A DNA stretch of 63,864 bases, the filler included, from Octopus bimaculoides (lineage: Eukaryota): NCBI RefSeq assembly GCF_001194135.2. It is 6 parts of 5 records of this genome, joined end to end, with 100 filler letters (N's around TTAATTAATTAA, not from the genome) between each part and the next. Parts side by side here need not be neighbours in the genome. Positions count along the whole stretch, not along the records: positions 1 to 18,609 come from NC_068982.1; 5 more parts are not named here. One strand, 5' to 3'. Below, in pieces: positions 1 through 12,708 of the stretch. Under the pieces are notes generated by a model that had not been told where the DNA came from, made no database searches, and saw nothing but the letters and a program-made list of their open reading frames with translations. Positions within the stretch are counted from its first letter, which is position 1. Each line of letters begins with the position of its first letter. The position numbers and the translations under genes were made by a program.

Positions 1-467
1 TATATATATATGGCAAAACTTTATGTGGAATTGTCAATGTTGCAACAGGGAGCCATATCTCAGTTGGGCATTATAAAGTGAAGAAATGAAATCTATGAAG
101 TATCCCGATCTGTATCAGCAGGCTTGAAATATGCATTCAGTTAGGTTGATATATTGCCAGTAGGGTGAGGATTTCTAGGAGTCCGAGAAATGAGATTAGT
201 GTAAAATATAGCTTAGATTGGAATTTTGATGAAATATGTCATTCAATCATCAGCATTCTGCAAAAAGAAAGTGGTCTTTAAAGTTAATGGAAAGTACCAA
301 AAAACAAAACGAAAAAATACAAAGAATCAGGTTGTACATAGGGCGATATGGTAAAACTTTCTGCATACTAAACTTATTAATTTCTGTTATATTATCTTAA
401 AATTATGAAGAGAAATATTATGCTACGATCACAATTCATAATTCTACAACTATTGGTGATGCTGTCA

Positions 468-517
468 CTACTGCTGCTGCTGCTGCTGCTGCTACAACAC
501 CAACTACTACTACTACG

Positions 518-566
<49 letters not shown>
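468..566. repeat. Compound (CTG)n/(CTA)n trinucleotide microsatellite
   Basis: Direct reading; it explains the poly-L and poly-V ORFs at 405-663. Confidence 0.95.
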
Positions 567-1759
567 TTTTACCTTCGACGGGACAATTTGTTTTGACAAA
601 AAGAACGGAAGTCTCATAAATATAATGAAGAAACATGAAAAAATAACAATCTTCTCTATACACAAGGAAGTGATAAAATACAAAACAGAATCAGACGACA
701 CTGAAATGATAAAATTAGAAAACATAAATTCAACAAACATTGTTAATGTGAAAGAAACAATATCAAAAGGAAATTACAAATCATACAAGAGATGAAATGG
801 AGATAAAACACATTCCGTGGTCAATAACCTTTAAATCGCGATAGAATAGAAATAATTGAAGTTAAATAATAAATGGTTCAAGAAACACGAATAGAGGACT
901 GATTCCTGGTGCACAATACAAATAGATATAAGAAAATTACCATGAAAACAGAGAACAAAATGAAATTCAGAATATACAACCAGCACAAGGAGACCACAAC
1001 ATTATATTCGGTCGTTCAGTCCGAATACAAGTAATTTTATAATGAAAACAAATTCAAAATTTTAATTTTGGAGCAAAACACTTGTCATGTTATCTGGTGT
1101 ATGGCTGCAGTTGAAATGTGTTAAAACAAATGCGTGTGTGTGTGTGGGGGGGGTGTGTGTGCTCGCNNNNNNNNNNGCAGATAGAGAGTAAGTGTCAGTC
1201 CAGAACGAAGTTTTCACCTCTCTCTCTCTCTCCCTTTCTCTCTCTCCCTTTCTACCTGCTGCTTTTCAATGATTGGAATTCTTTTAGTCGTGTCTTCAAG
1301 CTCTTTTTCTCTCGCTTTCTCTTTCTCTCTCAGTTTTCTCTTGCTATTAAAAGACTAGATGTCCAAAATGATTCACTGTTTCAATTGAAAAACATATACG
1401 AAAGTATTAGACAGTTTTTGTCTAGGATACGTTATCCAATATTTGCTGTTGTTGAAAACACAAAACAAACACCACCTTCCTTTGAATCACCACTCACTCC
1501 TCTCTCTCACTCCCTCTCAGTTCCTCTAATATCAGTAGTTAACGATTAAAAAATGAAGAACGTCGTTTTACATATGTGTTTGTACATAATCAGGAGTAAA
1601 AATGTACAATTTGAAATGCAAAACGACGAAATAATAATTGGATTTCTGAATGAAAGTTTGGTAACTGCGTTTATTTCCACCACGGGACACTTATTATTGC
1701 AAACATGTTTTAACTAACCTAGACTATAACTCACACACACACACACACACACAAATGCA

Positions 1760-1802
<43 letters not shown>

Positions 1803-1807
1803 CTGGA

Positions 1808-1930
1808 GTTGGAGCTGTAATTTAAATGGGCCAGCCTTGTAATATTCTGTGTGAGGCTGAATCTCCCTGAGAACTACGTTAATGTTATGCATGTCTGTGG
1901 AGTACTCAGCCATTTGTGAGTTAATTTTAT
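1808..1930 (+). mobile_element. Internal fragment of tRNA-derived SINE family C
   Basis: gccagccttgt...gctgaatctccctgagaactac...catgtctgtggagtactcagcca matches the reverse complement of the body of the TSD-flanked SINE at 53478-53861. Confidence 0.75.
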
Positions 1931-2279
1931 CCTCGTGGGGTAATGAAGAGTGAAATTGACATCCAATATTTGCTGTGTCTATGTATCTATGTATGAACTT
2001 TTCTTTGGATTTATGTATTTACTGTCTCTAACTTTCTCTCTTTCTCTTTCACTTCCTTTGTGTCCCTCTTATCTCCCCCTTTTGATTTAACAATGTGTAT
2101 ATGTATGTATGTATTTACTACTCTTGCGACGTAATAAATATTTAAAAACACAAAACAAACGCCCTCACCACTCACTGTCTGTTTCACTCCCACTCTTTGT
2201 CTCTCACTTGCCTCTCTCTCATTCTCTTTCTCTCTTACGACCACTTTGAAACATTTAAAAATCCCAAATGAATGCGTCA

Positions 2280-2319
<40 letters not shown>

Positions 2320-2568
2320 CGTTATTACCTCTCTGACATATTTAAAAACACAAAACGAACACCGTCACCACTCACAGTTGCTTTCACTCTCTCTTTCTCT
2401 CTCAATATCTCTATCTTTTTCTCTCAATCTCTCTCTCTTTCTTTCTCTCTTACTTCCTCTCTGTCCTCCTTTCTCTCACGTTGCCACTTCTTTGAAGTAA
2501 GTGTGGCACACGCATCAGGGACGTACACAAACGAAAATTTAGCGTATTAATATTATAGATAATCATAA

Positions 2569-3200
2569 TCAAAATTGGCACAACGCAAATACAATAGATG
2601 CCATGACAATTTGGCAAGAATGATCCATTGGGAACTCTCTTGAAAACACGGCCTACAAAGAGCAAAGACGTGGTATCAACAAACCTCAGAAGGAGACACC
2701 GAAAATGAGAATTGCAATATTCTGTGGGATGTAATGATCAGTACGATCCCCTAAGCAGACATCGGAAGCCTGATATTGTTGTGATGAATAAAAATGAAAG
2801 AACATATATGATAATCAACATAGCATGCCCTGGTGACAACATGATCAATGTGAAAGAAGAAGAGAAAATAAACAATTATGATTTAAAGTGGGAAAAACGA
2901 AGGTTATAGTCAGTGAAGTGAGTACGCGTGATACCAATAAGAACTGGTGCACTTGGAATATCAGCACTAAACTACTAACATGGCTAAAAAAGATTGGCGC
3001 AAATGTGAAGGTAGAACACCTACAATAATCAGCATTGCTTGGAACTACAATAATTCTTTGCAGGGTTCTTCAAGCATGACCAGTATACAAGTGTCACCTT
3101 AGTCTGACGGCTGTTGACAGCTGACACATTCCATCATGCTCAGCAATATAAGCTATGAGATTTATTACAACATAACCAACAACAACAACAACAACAATAA
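2569..3200 (+). pseudogene. R4/Dong-type non-LTR retrotransposon, 5'-truncated 3' end (restriction-like endonuclease domain, 3' UTR, (AAC)/(AAT) tail)
   Basis: Manual translation across stops and frameshifts: SKLAQRKYNRCHDNLARMIHWE...ILWD...HRKPDIVVMNK...IINIACPGD...KEEEKINNYDLKWE...VIP..GALG...SALLGT, stop at 3077-3079. These are the RHD, PD..D and EK motifs of R2-superfamily REL endonucleases. Confidence 0.88.
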
Positions 3201-3207
3201 TAATAAT

Positions 3208-3410
3208 CTTGAAAAGTACATGGAACAAAGAAGGGGCTGCAATAAAGGTGTAGCACTTGCCGAAAACAGCACTGATTGGAACCGCTCAAATAATCCGGAT
3301 GGTGCTCAAAAACAAGGGGCGTTACATTAGTTCACTGGTAGTGAACAACTGACCCCATAGTCCATCTCCAGCATTAGAAGCTGCGCAAAGACAATAAAAT
3401 AATAATAATT
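3208..3410 (+). mobile_element. Second R4/Dong-type 3' tip (different 3' UTR) ending in (TAA)n
   Basis: LEKYMEQ..AAIKV*HLPKTALIGTAQIIRMVL resembles the C-terminus of the upstream copy, followed by a distinct 3' UTR and aataataataat. Confidence 0.75.
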
Positions 3411-3411
3411 T

Positions 3412-3571
3412 CTAATAGAGGCACAAGGCCTGACATTTTTGGTACGGAGTATTTAATTTATCGACTTCGAAAGGATGAAAGGCAAAGTCGACCTCGGGCA
3501 ATTTGTACTCAGAACACATCGGCAGACGAAAAACCGCTAAGCATTTCACCCGGCTTGCTAACGATTCTGCC
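3412..3571 (-). mobile_element. tRNA-derived SINE family A (internally deleted)
   Basis: Reverse complement ggcagaatcgttagc...tgagtacaaattgcccgaggtcgactttgcctttcatcc matches the intact copy at 50887; A- and B-box-like head. Confidence 0.88.
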
Positions 3572-3596
3572 AATAATAATAATAATAATAATAATG

Positions 3597-3676
<80 letters not shown>
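3572..3676. repeat. (AAT)n microsatellite
   Basis: Direct reading. Confidence 0.97.
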
Positions 3677-3677
<1 letters not shown>

Positions 3678-4834
3678 TCACACTAACCGTAGTTCCTCTG
3701 GTAATCTTCACACCACTGCAGAAATTAGAAGATAAATAAAATATGACTAGTGTGTGTAGTAATTCGTCAAATTTGCTCTCGTATAGCTTCTTAAATACCT
3801 ACGTCACAAAATGATAAGAAACCACTCGAGTAGTAATATTATCAGCATATATAGATAGGACAAACAAGTAGCAGCCTTGGTCGGAACTCAAAAGAAATGT
3901 TCTCTAGCAATTTCTAAAACTATAGGAAAATAGCTAAAGAAAGTTTCTTAATAGAAGAAAGAAATAGGAGGAGTAAACAGAAATGTTGTGAGAAGAGAAG
4001 AAAAAGAAAAACTAGAAGTATACTACCGACTGTCACGATACCAAAAGGAAACCATACGAAGAGGTTTACGTATCTAATCAACTACAACATGATTTGGAAG
4101 TTTCGAAGATAGAAAATCTCGTTACTGCATACATTAAGAGCAAAATCTGATTGTAGTCACATCGAAGAATATATTCCATATATGATTCTACGCCTCTGAG
4201 TCAGAGATCAAATAGAATACAGAATATATTTAAAATGAGAAAGCAACCTTTATATGTAGCACTGGAGTGCGTAACGAAGCTTTGCTTATGAAGGTTTATT
4301 TTACTTGCAATTCTACTCAATGTATAAAAGTTAATATAGAGCTCTCGATAATGCAGTCAATACCACTGTGCACCATACATTGTTACTGCGAGGTGCTAAA
4401 GGAATTGAAGCTCTACTCTACAGAGAGAAGACATGAAATATATGCGTATGGAAGATCCTAGAAAGTTTAGTTCCCAGCTTGGGAGCTGAAAGCTATACCA
4501 GTCACGGAATTGCATGGCACTGCATAGCATCAACGAACTTATCTTATACACGTATAATAAGGATCCGTTGCTGTAACAGTTTAGTTTTCAAGGGACACCA
4601 TCTAATCAACTTTCTGCGAAACAGCCTTTGAGATTAGAGAGTCGTAGATACTGAGGTCTCCAATTAATATATGGACAACGTTTTATCTGAGATATCAGAG
4701 GAACATACGTCGCAGCAGGAAGAAGAAAGAAAGACAACTCCATCCAACTCTCGACCTAAATAGAAACATTAAAGGAAAGAAACCTAGTCACCCTTATAAC
4801 CTGCGCCCCAGCATTTCCTCACGCTCTACTTGAG

Positions 4835-4872
<38 letters not shown>

Positions 4873-6014
4873 AGCGCTCATAGGTTTGTATATCGTTTCT
4901 TCTTCTTTTGGAGTATATTTTTGTTAGCTTTATCTACCGTGTTATATTGATATTTAGAAGACGTGATAAAAATCTACATAATATTAACAATGCTGATACC
5001 TCCATGAAATAAATTGTATATTATTTTCTAAATTCCATAATAATTTGTTAAAAAATATTGTTAGTAATATATCCTTAAACATTAAACTAATTTAAGACTG
5101 CAGTTTATTTAGAGGCTACCCTGAATGTTGATTATTAACAGAAAGGCATTCTGAGTTTTATTTATCCTCATCAGAAAATTGCAAATGGCTTTCTGTGTAT
5201 GATAATCATTACTGCGAGAAAGCTAATATCATTCAATTGCTTCCCAGAACACTTACCACACCACTTTTGCAGTTTACGCCTACTTCAATGTTAATATATG
5301 ATAATACTACCAGTAGTTTCAAAGGTTATACACACATCATTAAGAATAATTTAGTCTTTGATGACGAAATGTGCTTTGATCTAAAAATGTCAAAAATCAT
5401 TCCTGGGAATTCAATGCACTTCACTATTAGCAAGAATTTACTTTCATAAAAATCGGTAAGAAATATCAATGATAAGAGAAATATGTCTCCACACCCTTGA
5501 CCTAGACATGCGTATAGTAATATTGATAGATGCATATACGTTTCCATATCTCAATGTGAACATGTATATGTGTATTCTATAAATGATATTCATATGCGAT
5601 GTATATTCTATTGTAAACACCTACATAAGTAGATACGGATGCAAAAACGATGCGCACACTCGTTTCAACTGCATAAGTGCACAAACATACACCCATCCAT
5701 ATACACACATGTATAAGCATATATGTGCGTGTGTACATGAATGTTTAGAGAAAGAGAAACAGGCAATTATGCAGATAAAGGAATTAAATATAAGTTGGAT
5801 CTAATATATATACATATATATATATATCTTTAAAGACATCAATACTCATGAAAGATATTAATGTTAGTGACCTCAAGCTACAGCCGTATAGGCAATAAAA
5901 TTAACAGAAATGTTTAAAAAACAAAACGAATTATATATAACAAGGGAGCGTTTTTACAAAACACCAGCTTTGTTAAAATAGGAGTCGAAACACTCCAAAG
6001 CCACAAAAATGAAG

Positions 6015-6263
6015 ACTATATTTTCACAGGTATGATTGGGACAAAATGAAGTGAAATAAGGATTAATTCTTAGCTTGGTATACGTGCAAGAAGGAATGCC
6101 AGTTAACTTAATATCATGATTTCGAATTTGAAACCAAAACATGCTTGGTACATCTCAATCAAATTGGAAATCATGATTTCAAGTTAACTGACATACAGTC
6201 TTGCAATTTTGCAACGGTAAGGCCTAATACTTATTTTTTTACCAACATGTCTGAAAATTTAGT
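6015..6263. repeat. Degenerate palindrome / old foldback MITE (arms ~110 bp, short spacer)
   Basis: 6050-6133 reverse-complements to tcaaattcgaaatcatgatattaagttaactggcat..., versus tcaaattggaaatcatgatttcaagttaactgacat... at 6160 onward. ORFs 5954- and 6145+ give matching peptides on opposite strands. Confidence 0.75.
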
Positions 6264-6470
6264 ATGTATATATGTATGTATGTATGTATGCATGTATTAT
6301 ACATACAAACAGAAAGAAAGCACACATACACTCCCGCACCCCCGCACACATACACAAGCATGTATATATGTATCTGTATGCGTGTAAGGGTACGCATTTA
6401 TCAATTTCACGGCGTCAAAACTCAAGTGCATTTTCAACATCATTTATTTCTTTTGTACTACTTTCTTTGA

Positions 6471-6570
<100 letters not shown>

Positions 6571-7733
6571 CAATACTCTCCAATGTATGTATGTCTCAAC
6601 TCTATCCTCCTCGACACTTTGAATAATTTGTTGTGTTTTACTCAACCAGCAACGTGAAGGAACAACTTATATAATAAAAATAGGAAAAAAGATGCAAACA
6701 CTAATTTAACTTCTTAACCGATATCAGCCCAAGTCTACTATATAATATATATAACATATCTTTGGTAAGAGTTCTATTTAGCACTAATTCCTCATAAAAA
6801 AACCTAACAGGAAAGGGAATTAAGTTTACGTCTCGATAATGCGATATTTAAAGTTCTTGAAGTAGTTGAATACATGAAATAATACATTCAAAAATCCAGC
6901 ACACAAGTTGTACATGCGGATTTACATTCCACTGCACTTAGTGGCAAATTTACACCAGAGAGGGCAGAGTACAGAACAGGTCTCTGTCTTGACCTGGACT
7001 ACCGTATTTTAATGGATAGAAAATTGTAAGACAGTTTGACTGACAAATATTATATTTTAATGTTAAAAGAATCTCGAAATGTTGTTAATGTCAAACCATA
7101 TGGAATGCGAATTAAAATCATTTCAGTTAGTAACCGACTATACGCGATATTTGTAACCGCTAATCTGAAAACGTTCATAGTAGTAATTAACTATATGCTG
7201 AACAGTTAACAACTACTTTGACATTTCTTACATACAGATATTCAACCAGCTTATACTGGTGAATGCCTGAACATTTTATCCCTTCCACTACACGTGACCA
7301 ATGTCAATTAATGATGCAGGAGAACTATGATAATTTATTTGAATACCAATTAATGGCGTTTGAACAAACACAGAAAATAAGGAAATCCGGTGTATTTAGT
7401 CATTAAACCCGAACGATTGTGTATTAGAATGTTGGACGTACAATGTATGAAAAACATAAGTGGAGCAATAAATGAATATCGTTTCAGCTAATTATTGTTT
7501 AAGCATATATAGTAGAGATCTTATGTAAATACAGATCGAATGGACTTTTTTATCAAGAAGAAAGTTAGAAAACGTGGAAGAAGCACTCCTTTTCTATATT
7601 CAAAACCAATGTTATATCTAATTGTAATATCAGGTAATTTTTCATTGCAAAAGCATGATGGACCAATTTCACGAAGGAGTATGATACAGTTTGGACGTTC
7701 CGTGTTTAGTAGTGAATAGTTTGACGGTTAGAG

Positions 7734-8041
7734 CAGTGGTTCCCAAACTTGTTTTTATCACGGTGCGCCTTACAAGAAGCCAAAATATTTTGGCGCACTT
7801 TGTACATAAATTCTAAAACATTCAAAATAGGTTTTATAAATATTAGCATAGCGTAAACTATAAAGTAATATATAAATAATTAAAAATACCAAGAAATTGC
7901 ATGTACTTACTCTTTATTCAACATATGAAACAACGTTATCAATGAGAAACATGTGCTTGATGTTTTGTGGAATGAATATTTTTTCAATATTGGGGTGCAT
8001 TTGAGAAAGACAAACCCTCATTTCTTCTTCTATGCAAAAGA

Positions 8042-8077
<36 letters not shown>

Positions 8078-9922
8078 ATTTTGGATTGGATGTTATTGAG
8101 GTTTGAAAACCCCATCTCACATAAACATAATATGGAAAACTGCATCAATACGAATAATGCCTTTTTGCTACTGAGAGGCATTCTCCTATAATAACAATCC
8201 AAAATGTATCAATAGGTTACTCGGCATACTTGATTTTAAGTCGGCGATCACTGGATATAGATACCAGTTGCGCTTCACGTATTTTCAGACAAATATTAGA
8301 TGGAATTTTTATGAAAGCCTTGAGAACCCAATCATACTCTTCTGTGTTCAATGACGGAAAATAAAAGTTTATTTTCACTTCCAGATTTGTCAAACGTTCA
8401 AACACAATAGGAGTCTTTTCTTTTATGCATCTTTTATTTATTAATGAAAACATTTCAAAGTTACCATCTTCCGTTCTATTTTTCCAAATTACAACGTTTT
8501 GTTTAAGTGAAACAAGCTTATCTGTCTAAGTGAAAATGTTTTCATCTCTACCTCGCATACTTATGAATACGCTATTAAGCTGTGCAAATATCTCTTAAAT
8601 ATTCCAAAATTCACATTGTAGATATTCCAAAAAGCGTTCGTCTTTTTCCTCTTTAAAAATGCATGCAATTCCGTCTGCAGTTCACGTATACGACGTAGCA
8701 GCTTACCTTTTTGGGTGCCATCTAACTTATGTGTGTAAAAGTAAGCGCTTATGCTGGGAATCCATATCAACACACATTTGTGCAAATAAGCGACACTTCA
8801 ACGGCCATTTTTTAATATAGTTAACCATTTCAACAACTTGGTTTATTACTTGCTTTAACTCAACTAGTATTGTTTTTGAAACTAGTACCTCCCTACGTAG
8901 TAAGCGGAAGAGGTTGATCCTCGTTCCCAGTCTCATGAAACACAAACTTTAACTAGCTAATGCAATAATTACGATTGGGTCGAGCTGTCGCAATATTATC
9001 ACTACACTTAGTTGTTTTGATGGACGTTCACTTTTAGTTTCATTATCGTAACGGTTAGGTTTCCTCTTAATAAACTTTTCTATTTTATGGGCAATTTAGT
9101 CTTTTAATTGGAAATGTCTCGCACAAAGAGCACAGATTACTAACTGAGCCCGACTGAAACTGAGACAAGTGACCATTGAGCTGTGAAAAGTGGCTGCGAA
9201 TCACATTATCTGACTCTTTTGAGAATTCTTTCAAAATTAATTGTAAAGATGAATGAACAATTATTGAAATACAGCCGCAATACTTGAGGATGTATTAAAC
9301 GATTTAGTTCAACGTCGTATGTTTTAGTTCAATAGATTATTTTTCACATTTATTATTGAAATGAGAATTTCTGAAGCTACGACCGAAATAAACTGAAACT
9401 TGGTCGTGCACAGAATATGCCCTTAAGACGTTAATTTCAAGGATAGATTGATGCTAATTTCGTTCTTATCCTTATGAAATTTCAGATTCAAAATTGAATA
9501 ACACTTANNNNNNNNNNCCGCAGGCAGATTCATCAATTCTTAACTAGTGTTGTCACAACCTCTGTCTTTCGCAACGGGCGTCTGTCGCTGCTCGCGTCCC
9601 CTGGAAAAAACAAACTCAGGGAAAAACTTTTCTTCTCACTTGCTGACGTGGCGTCATCTCTCGTCGCTTCTAATTTTTCCTTCCACCATTACACTGTCAA
9701 ACCATACTTAGCCCCATGAATTGAATGACGCAACCACCTTTCATTCTTAGTTTAGAACTTGGTATTTATTATTTTGCCACTTTGACATTTATATATGAAC
9801 TTTCTAGTGAATTTCGGTTTGTATTTTTCATATTTAAAAAAATGATCTTACTTTTTCAAGGCGCACCTAATTACATCTTGCGGCGGACCAGTGCGCCACG
9901 GCGCACGGTTTTGAAACCAGTG
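7734..9922 (-). mobile_element. hAT (Buster/Charlie-type) DNA transposon, decayed, both ends present
   Basis: Left end cagtggttcccaaac; right end reverse complement cactggtttcaaaac. Flanking 8-mers ggttagag and ttttaggg match at 5/8. Several subterminal GGCGCAC/GTGCGCC motifs at both ends. Confidence 0.85.
7939..9200 (-). pseudogene. Disrupted Buster-family (ZBED8/SCAND3/FAM200-like) hAT transposase
   Basis: Fragments: VSKTILVELKQVINQVVEMVNYIKKWPLKCRLFAQMCVDMDSQHKRLLLHT; KGKLLRRIRELQTELHAFL; KALFVLMQFSILCLCEMGFSNLNNIQSK (dimerisation domain); C-terminal KHQAHVSH* with stop at 7939-7941. Many frameshifts and an internal (GA)n tract. Confidence 0.88.
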
Positions 9923-10702
9923 TTTTAGGGTTTTAATTCTATTGCTAACTACTGATGTTGACGATGGTCTGGACCCTACACATGCGTGATTTGTTTTAAG
10001 GTGCCCATTTCTTGTACGTCTAGAAACATGACAGTGATACAAGATTGATATTTATTTATTGTATTTTGCTTTATCTGGTTTCAAATTTAATGCACAACCT
10101 AGAAATGCTATCAGTGCCATTTATCTTTTTACAAATGTTTTTAACTGACTGACTAATATTTAACGGACGAAACTATTTCAATGGAATAATTATGAAAATG
10201 TGGCGAAGAAAACTATTTTTAATGTGTCAACAAAGTATGAATAATGAAAATGAAATTGAGAATTATTTGAAATGCTGACAAAGATTTTTAGCTGTTAAAG
10301 AAAATAGTCATTGGTACATTTTTAACTGAATAGAAAATAAAAATGTGATAAGTAATGGACTTTTTGTTGATACGTAAATAAATCTTTGAAATAATATAAG
10401 TGAAATGTTAAAAGACATACAATATAAATGACTGAATCGAACGTTTTCAGTGAATCGTGTTTCCATAATACCTACGTGTCTGCGACTTAAAGAAATATAT
10501 AAATTGTTACAAGAAACATCTAGCGGCAAATGAATATAGTTTCTGAAAATTTGCAATTCAATATGGATATAGAAGTTTGAATAAGAAATGTTATTGACTA
10601 CTGAAGCGTAAATGATTAAACGTATATTGTAAGAACCATTCATATATCGATAGATATATGTGTGTGTGTGTGTGTATGTATGTATGCATGTATGTATGTA
10701 TG

Positions 10703-10747
<45 letters not shown>

Positions 10748-12572
10748 NNNNNNNNNNNNNNNNNNNNNNNNNNNNNNNNNNNNNNNNNNNNNNNNNNNNN
10801 NNNNNNNNNNNNNNNNNNNNNNNNNNNNNNNNNNNNNNNNNNNNNNNTATATATATACATATATATCACTGATGTACGTCACGAAGAGATATAAAGATAT
10901 AGAAACACACGAACACATTTATTTTATAGGAGTGTGTGTATGTCTGTATACAAATACATTGTTTAATGGTGTATCTCGAAGCAAAGGCAGCTATAAGTGA
11001 TAGCTTGTAATATGATGGTTTAAGGCAAATTGCATGTCGAAAAATAAAACCGAATGCCATCGGCGGATCTCGAACCAGGAATCTTCTATAAGAATGACAC
11101 GCTAATGATTGTGCCAAAATAAACATGAATGCAAAATTAGATGCTTTCATTTCACAAATTAACTGTATGACTCGAACTGTGCATCTTCCGGGATCATGAA
11201 AGACGTGCTACTAAATGAAATAAAGTGATTTTCCTGTTCTCTTCTCAGAAATTAGATTCGTAAATAAGTAGTTGTGTTGGCGCCGAGATACATCATTAGA
11301 TAGCTCGTTTATTATTTCTCGATGTTTCAATATTTACCACCACAGACAACCCACTTTGTATTTCATCATTTTGGTACCAATATAACATACCAATACAGTG
11401 CGATGGGTTAGCAGAATAATTAGAGAAAAGGGTATAGTGTATTCTTGTGTCGAATATAACGGTTTGGTTATCTAACAATGAGGCCTGCGACGGTAGTTTC
11501 TCACTTTGGTAAATGTTGTTGTAGAATGGAGACTTGAATGCGAAAGAAGCTGCTAATTGTCCTAAATACACTGGCCAGGAGTGCAAATGCATGACCAAAT
11601 TCAGGCCGAACATAAACCAAAGGAATCTTCCCACTCCCTCTTCTAAACGCACACAAACACATACACACATAAACACTCACATGCTTACAATATCGAATTA
11701 ATTTAGAGCAAGACAATTTACAAATAAAAATGAGTTATAGTTACCTCCAAATATGTAGAAATATATGTAGTAACTTTTCCTTGTCATTATTGCAACGTGA
11801 TGTGTGCAATGTAATCTTGACAGAATAATTACTGATGACTATTAATTTGATGCCAAATTAAATGTTTATTCTCAATGTAGCTGCGAGGGTAACAAAGGTG
11901 ACATTTATGTTTGGTATGATGCTGAATTCAAACTTTAAAGTACTGTAAATATATACGTTTATGTTGGATGTTGTATTGCCTTGACAAATAAATTCATCAA
12001 AGATTACATTTTGAAGGTTAACAAGTTAATATGTTGTAAGTAAACAAAATGTCGCTGAATACACTCACGTTTATTTCTAAATGTTATTGAATAGTATGAA
12101 ATGCTAAAGTGCTTTGATACCCATCTAAGAGAGGCATTCACTGGCATATGACAAGTGCATTCTTTGGAAATCTCTTGCCATCTTAAATGCCTAAAGATGT
12201 AACATTTGTTAACTTCTCATTTCCTTATTTACATTTCTCTTTAATCATGAAAGTGACAAATGACTTTTCTATATCAGTTTGATATAAAAAATAATTATTC
12301 ACGGCTTTCCTCATCTGCCCGTTTGTGTAGGAGTATCTTTACTTTGTAATTGTTTTCTTACGATTCGCATTGTTGCTAAGGGATTTTGTCTAACGTTGTC
12401 TTCTTTTTATCCTCCACCACTGATATTTCCAACAAACTATATTATATTTATTATAGCGTTTAATCATAATTAACTACGCTATGTATTAAATTAAGAAACT
12501 GGGGAAAAAAATCATCTGTAGCAGAATGAAACTGACCATTGACTGACATTCAAACGAAACATTGTAATTTTG

Positions 12573-12708
12573 TGACGCTCACGGTCGTAGAAACTTGAGG
12601 AATGCTCTTGTCATTTTATATTACGTCATACTATGTATCAATATAAAAGAGTAAGTGTAACGGATTTAGTGTATTTATAAATAGTTGGATTTCTTCTCCG
12701 TTACGTAA
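12573..12708. promoter_or_regulatory. Candidate promoter/enhancer: bZIP-type sites plus TATA-like boxes
   Basis: TGACG 12573, TTACGTCA 12621, TATAAAAG 12642, palindromic TATTTATAAATA 12672, TTACGTAA 12701, in a stretch with no recognised repeats. Motif evidence only. Confidence 0.25.

Noticed and set aside
896-919. GLIPGAQY, a fibronectin type III-like octapeptide
   Set aside because: Bounded by nearby stops, with no splice signals or further domain similarity.
11463-11474. TTTGGTTATCTA, a 12-nt match to miR-9
   Set aside because: The match does not extend to the full mature sequence and no complementary arm was seen.
11296-11676. 126-aa minus-strand ORF
   Set aside because: It starts in a (TG)n tract and has no recognisable domain or splice context.
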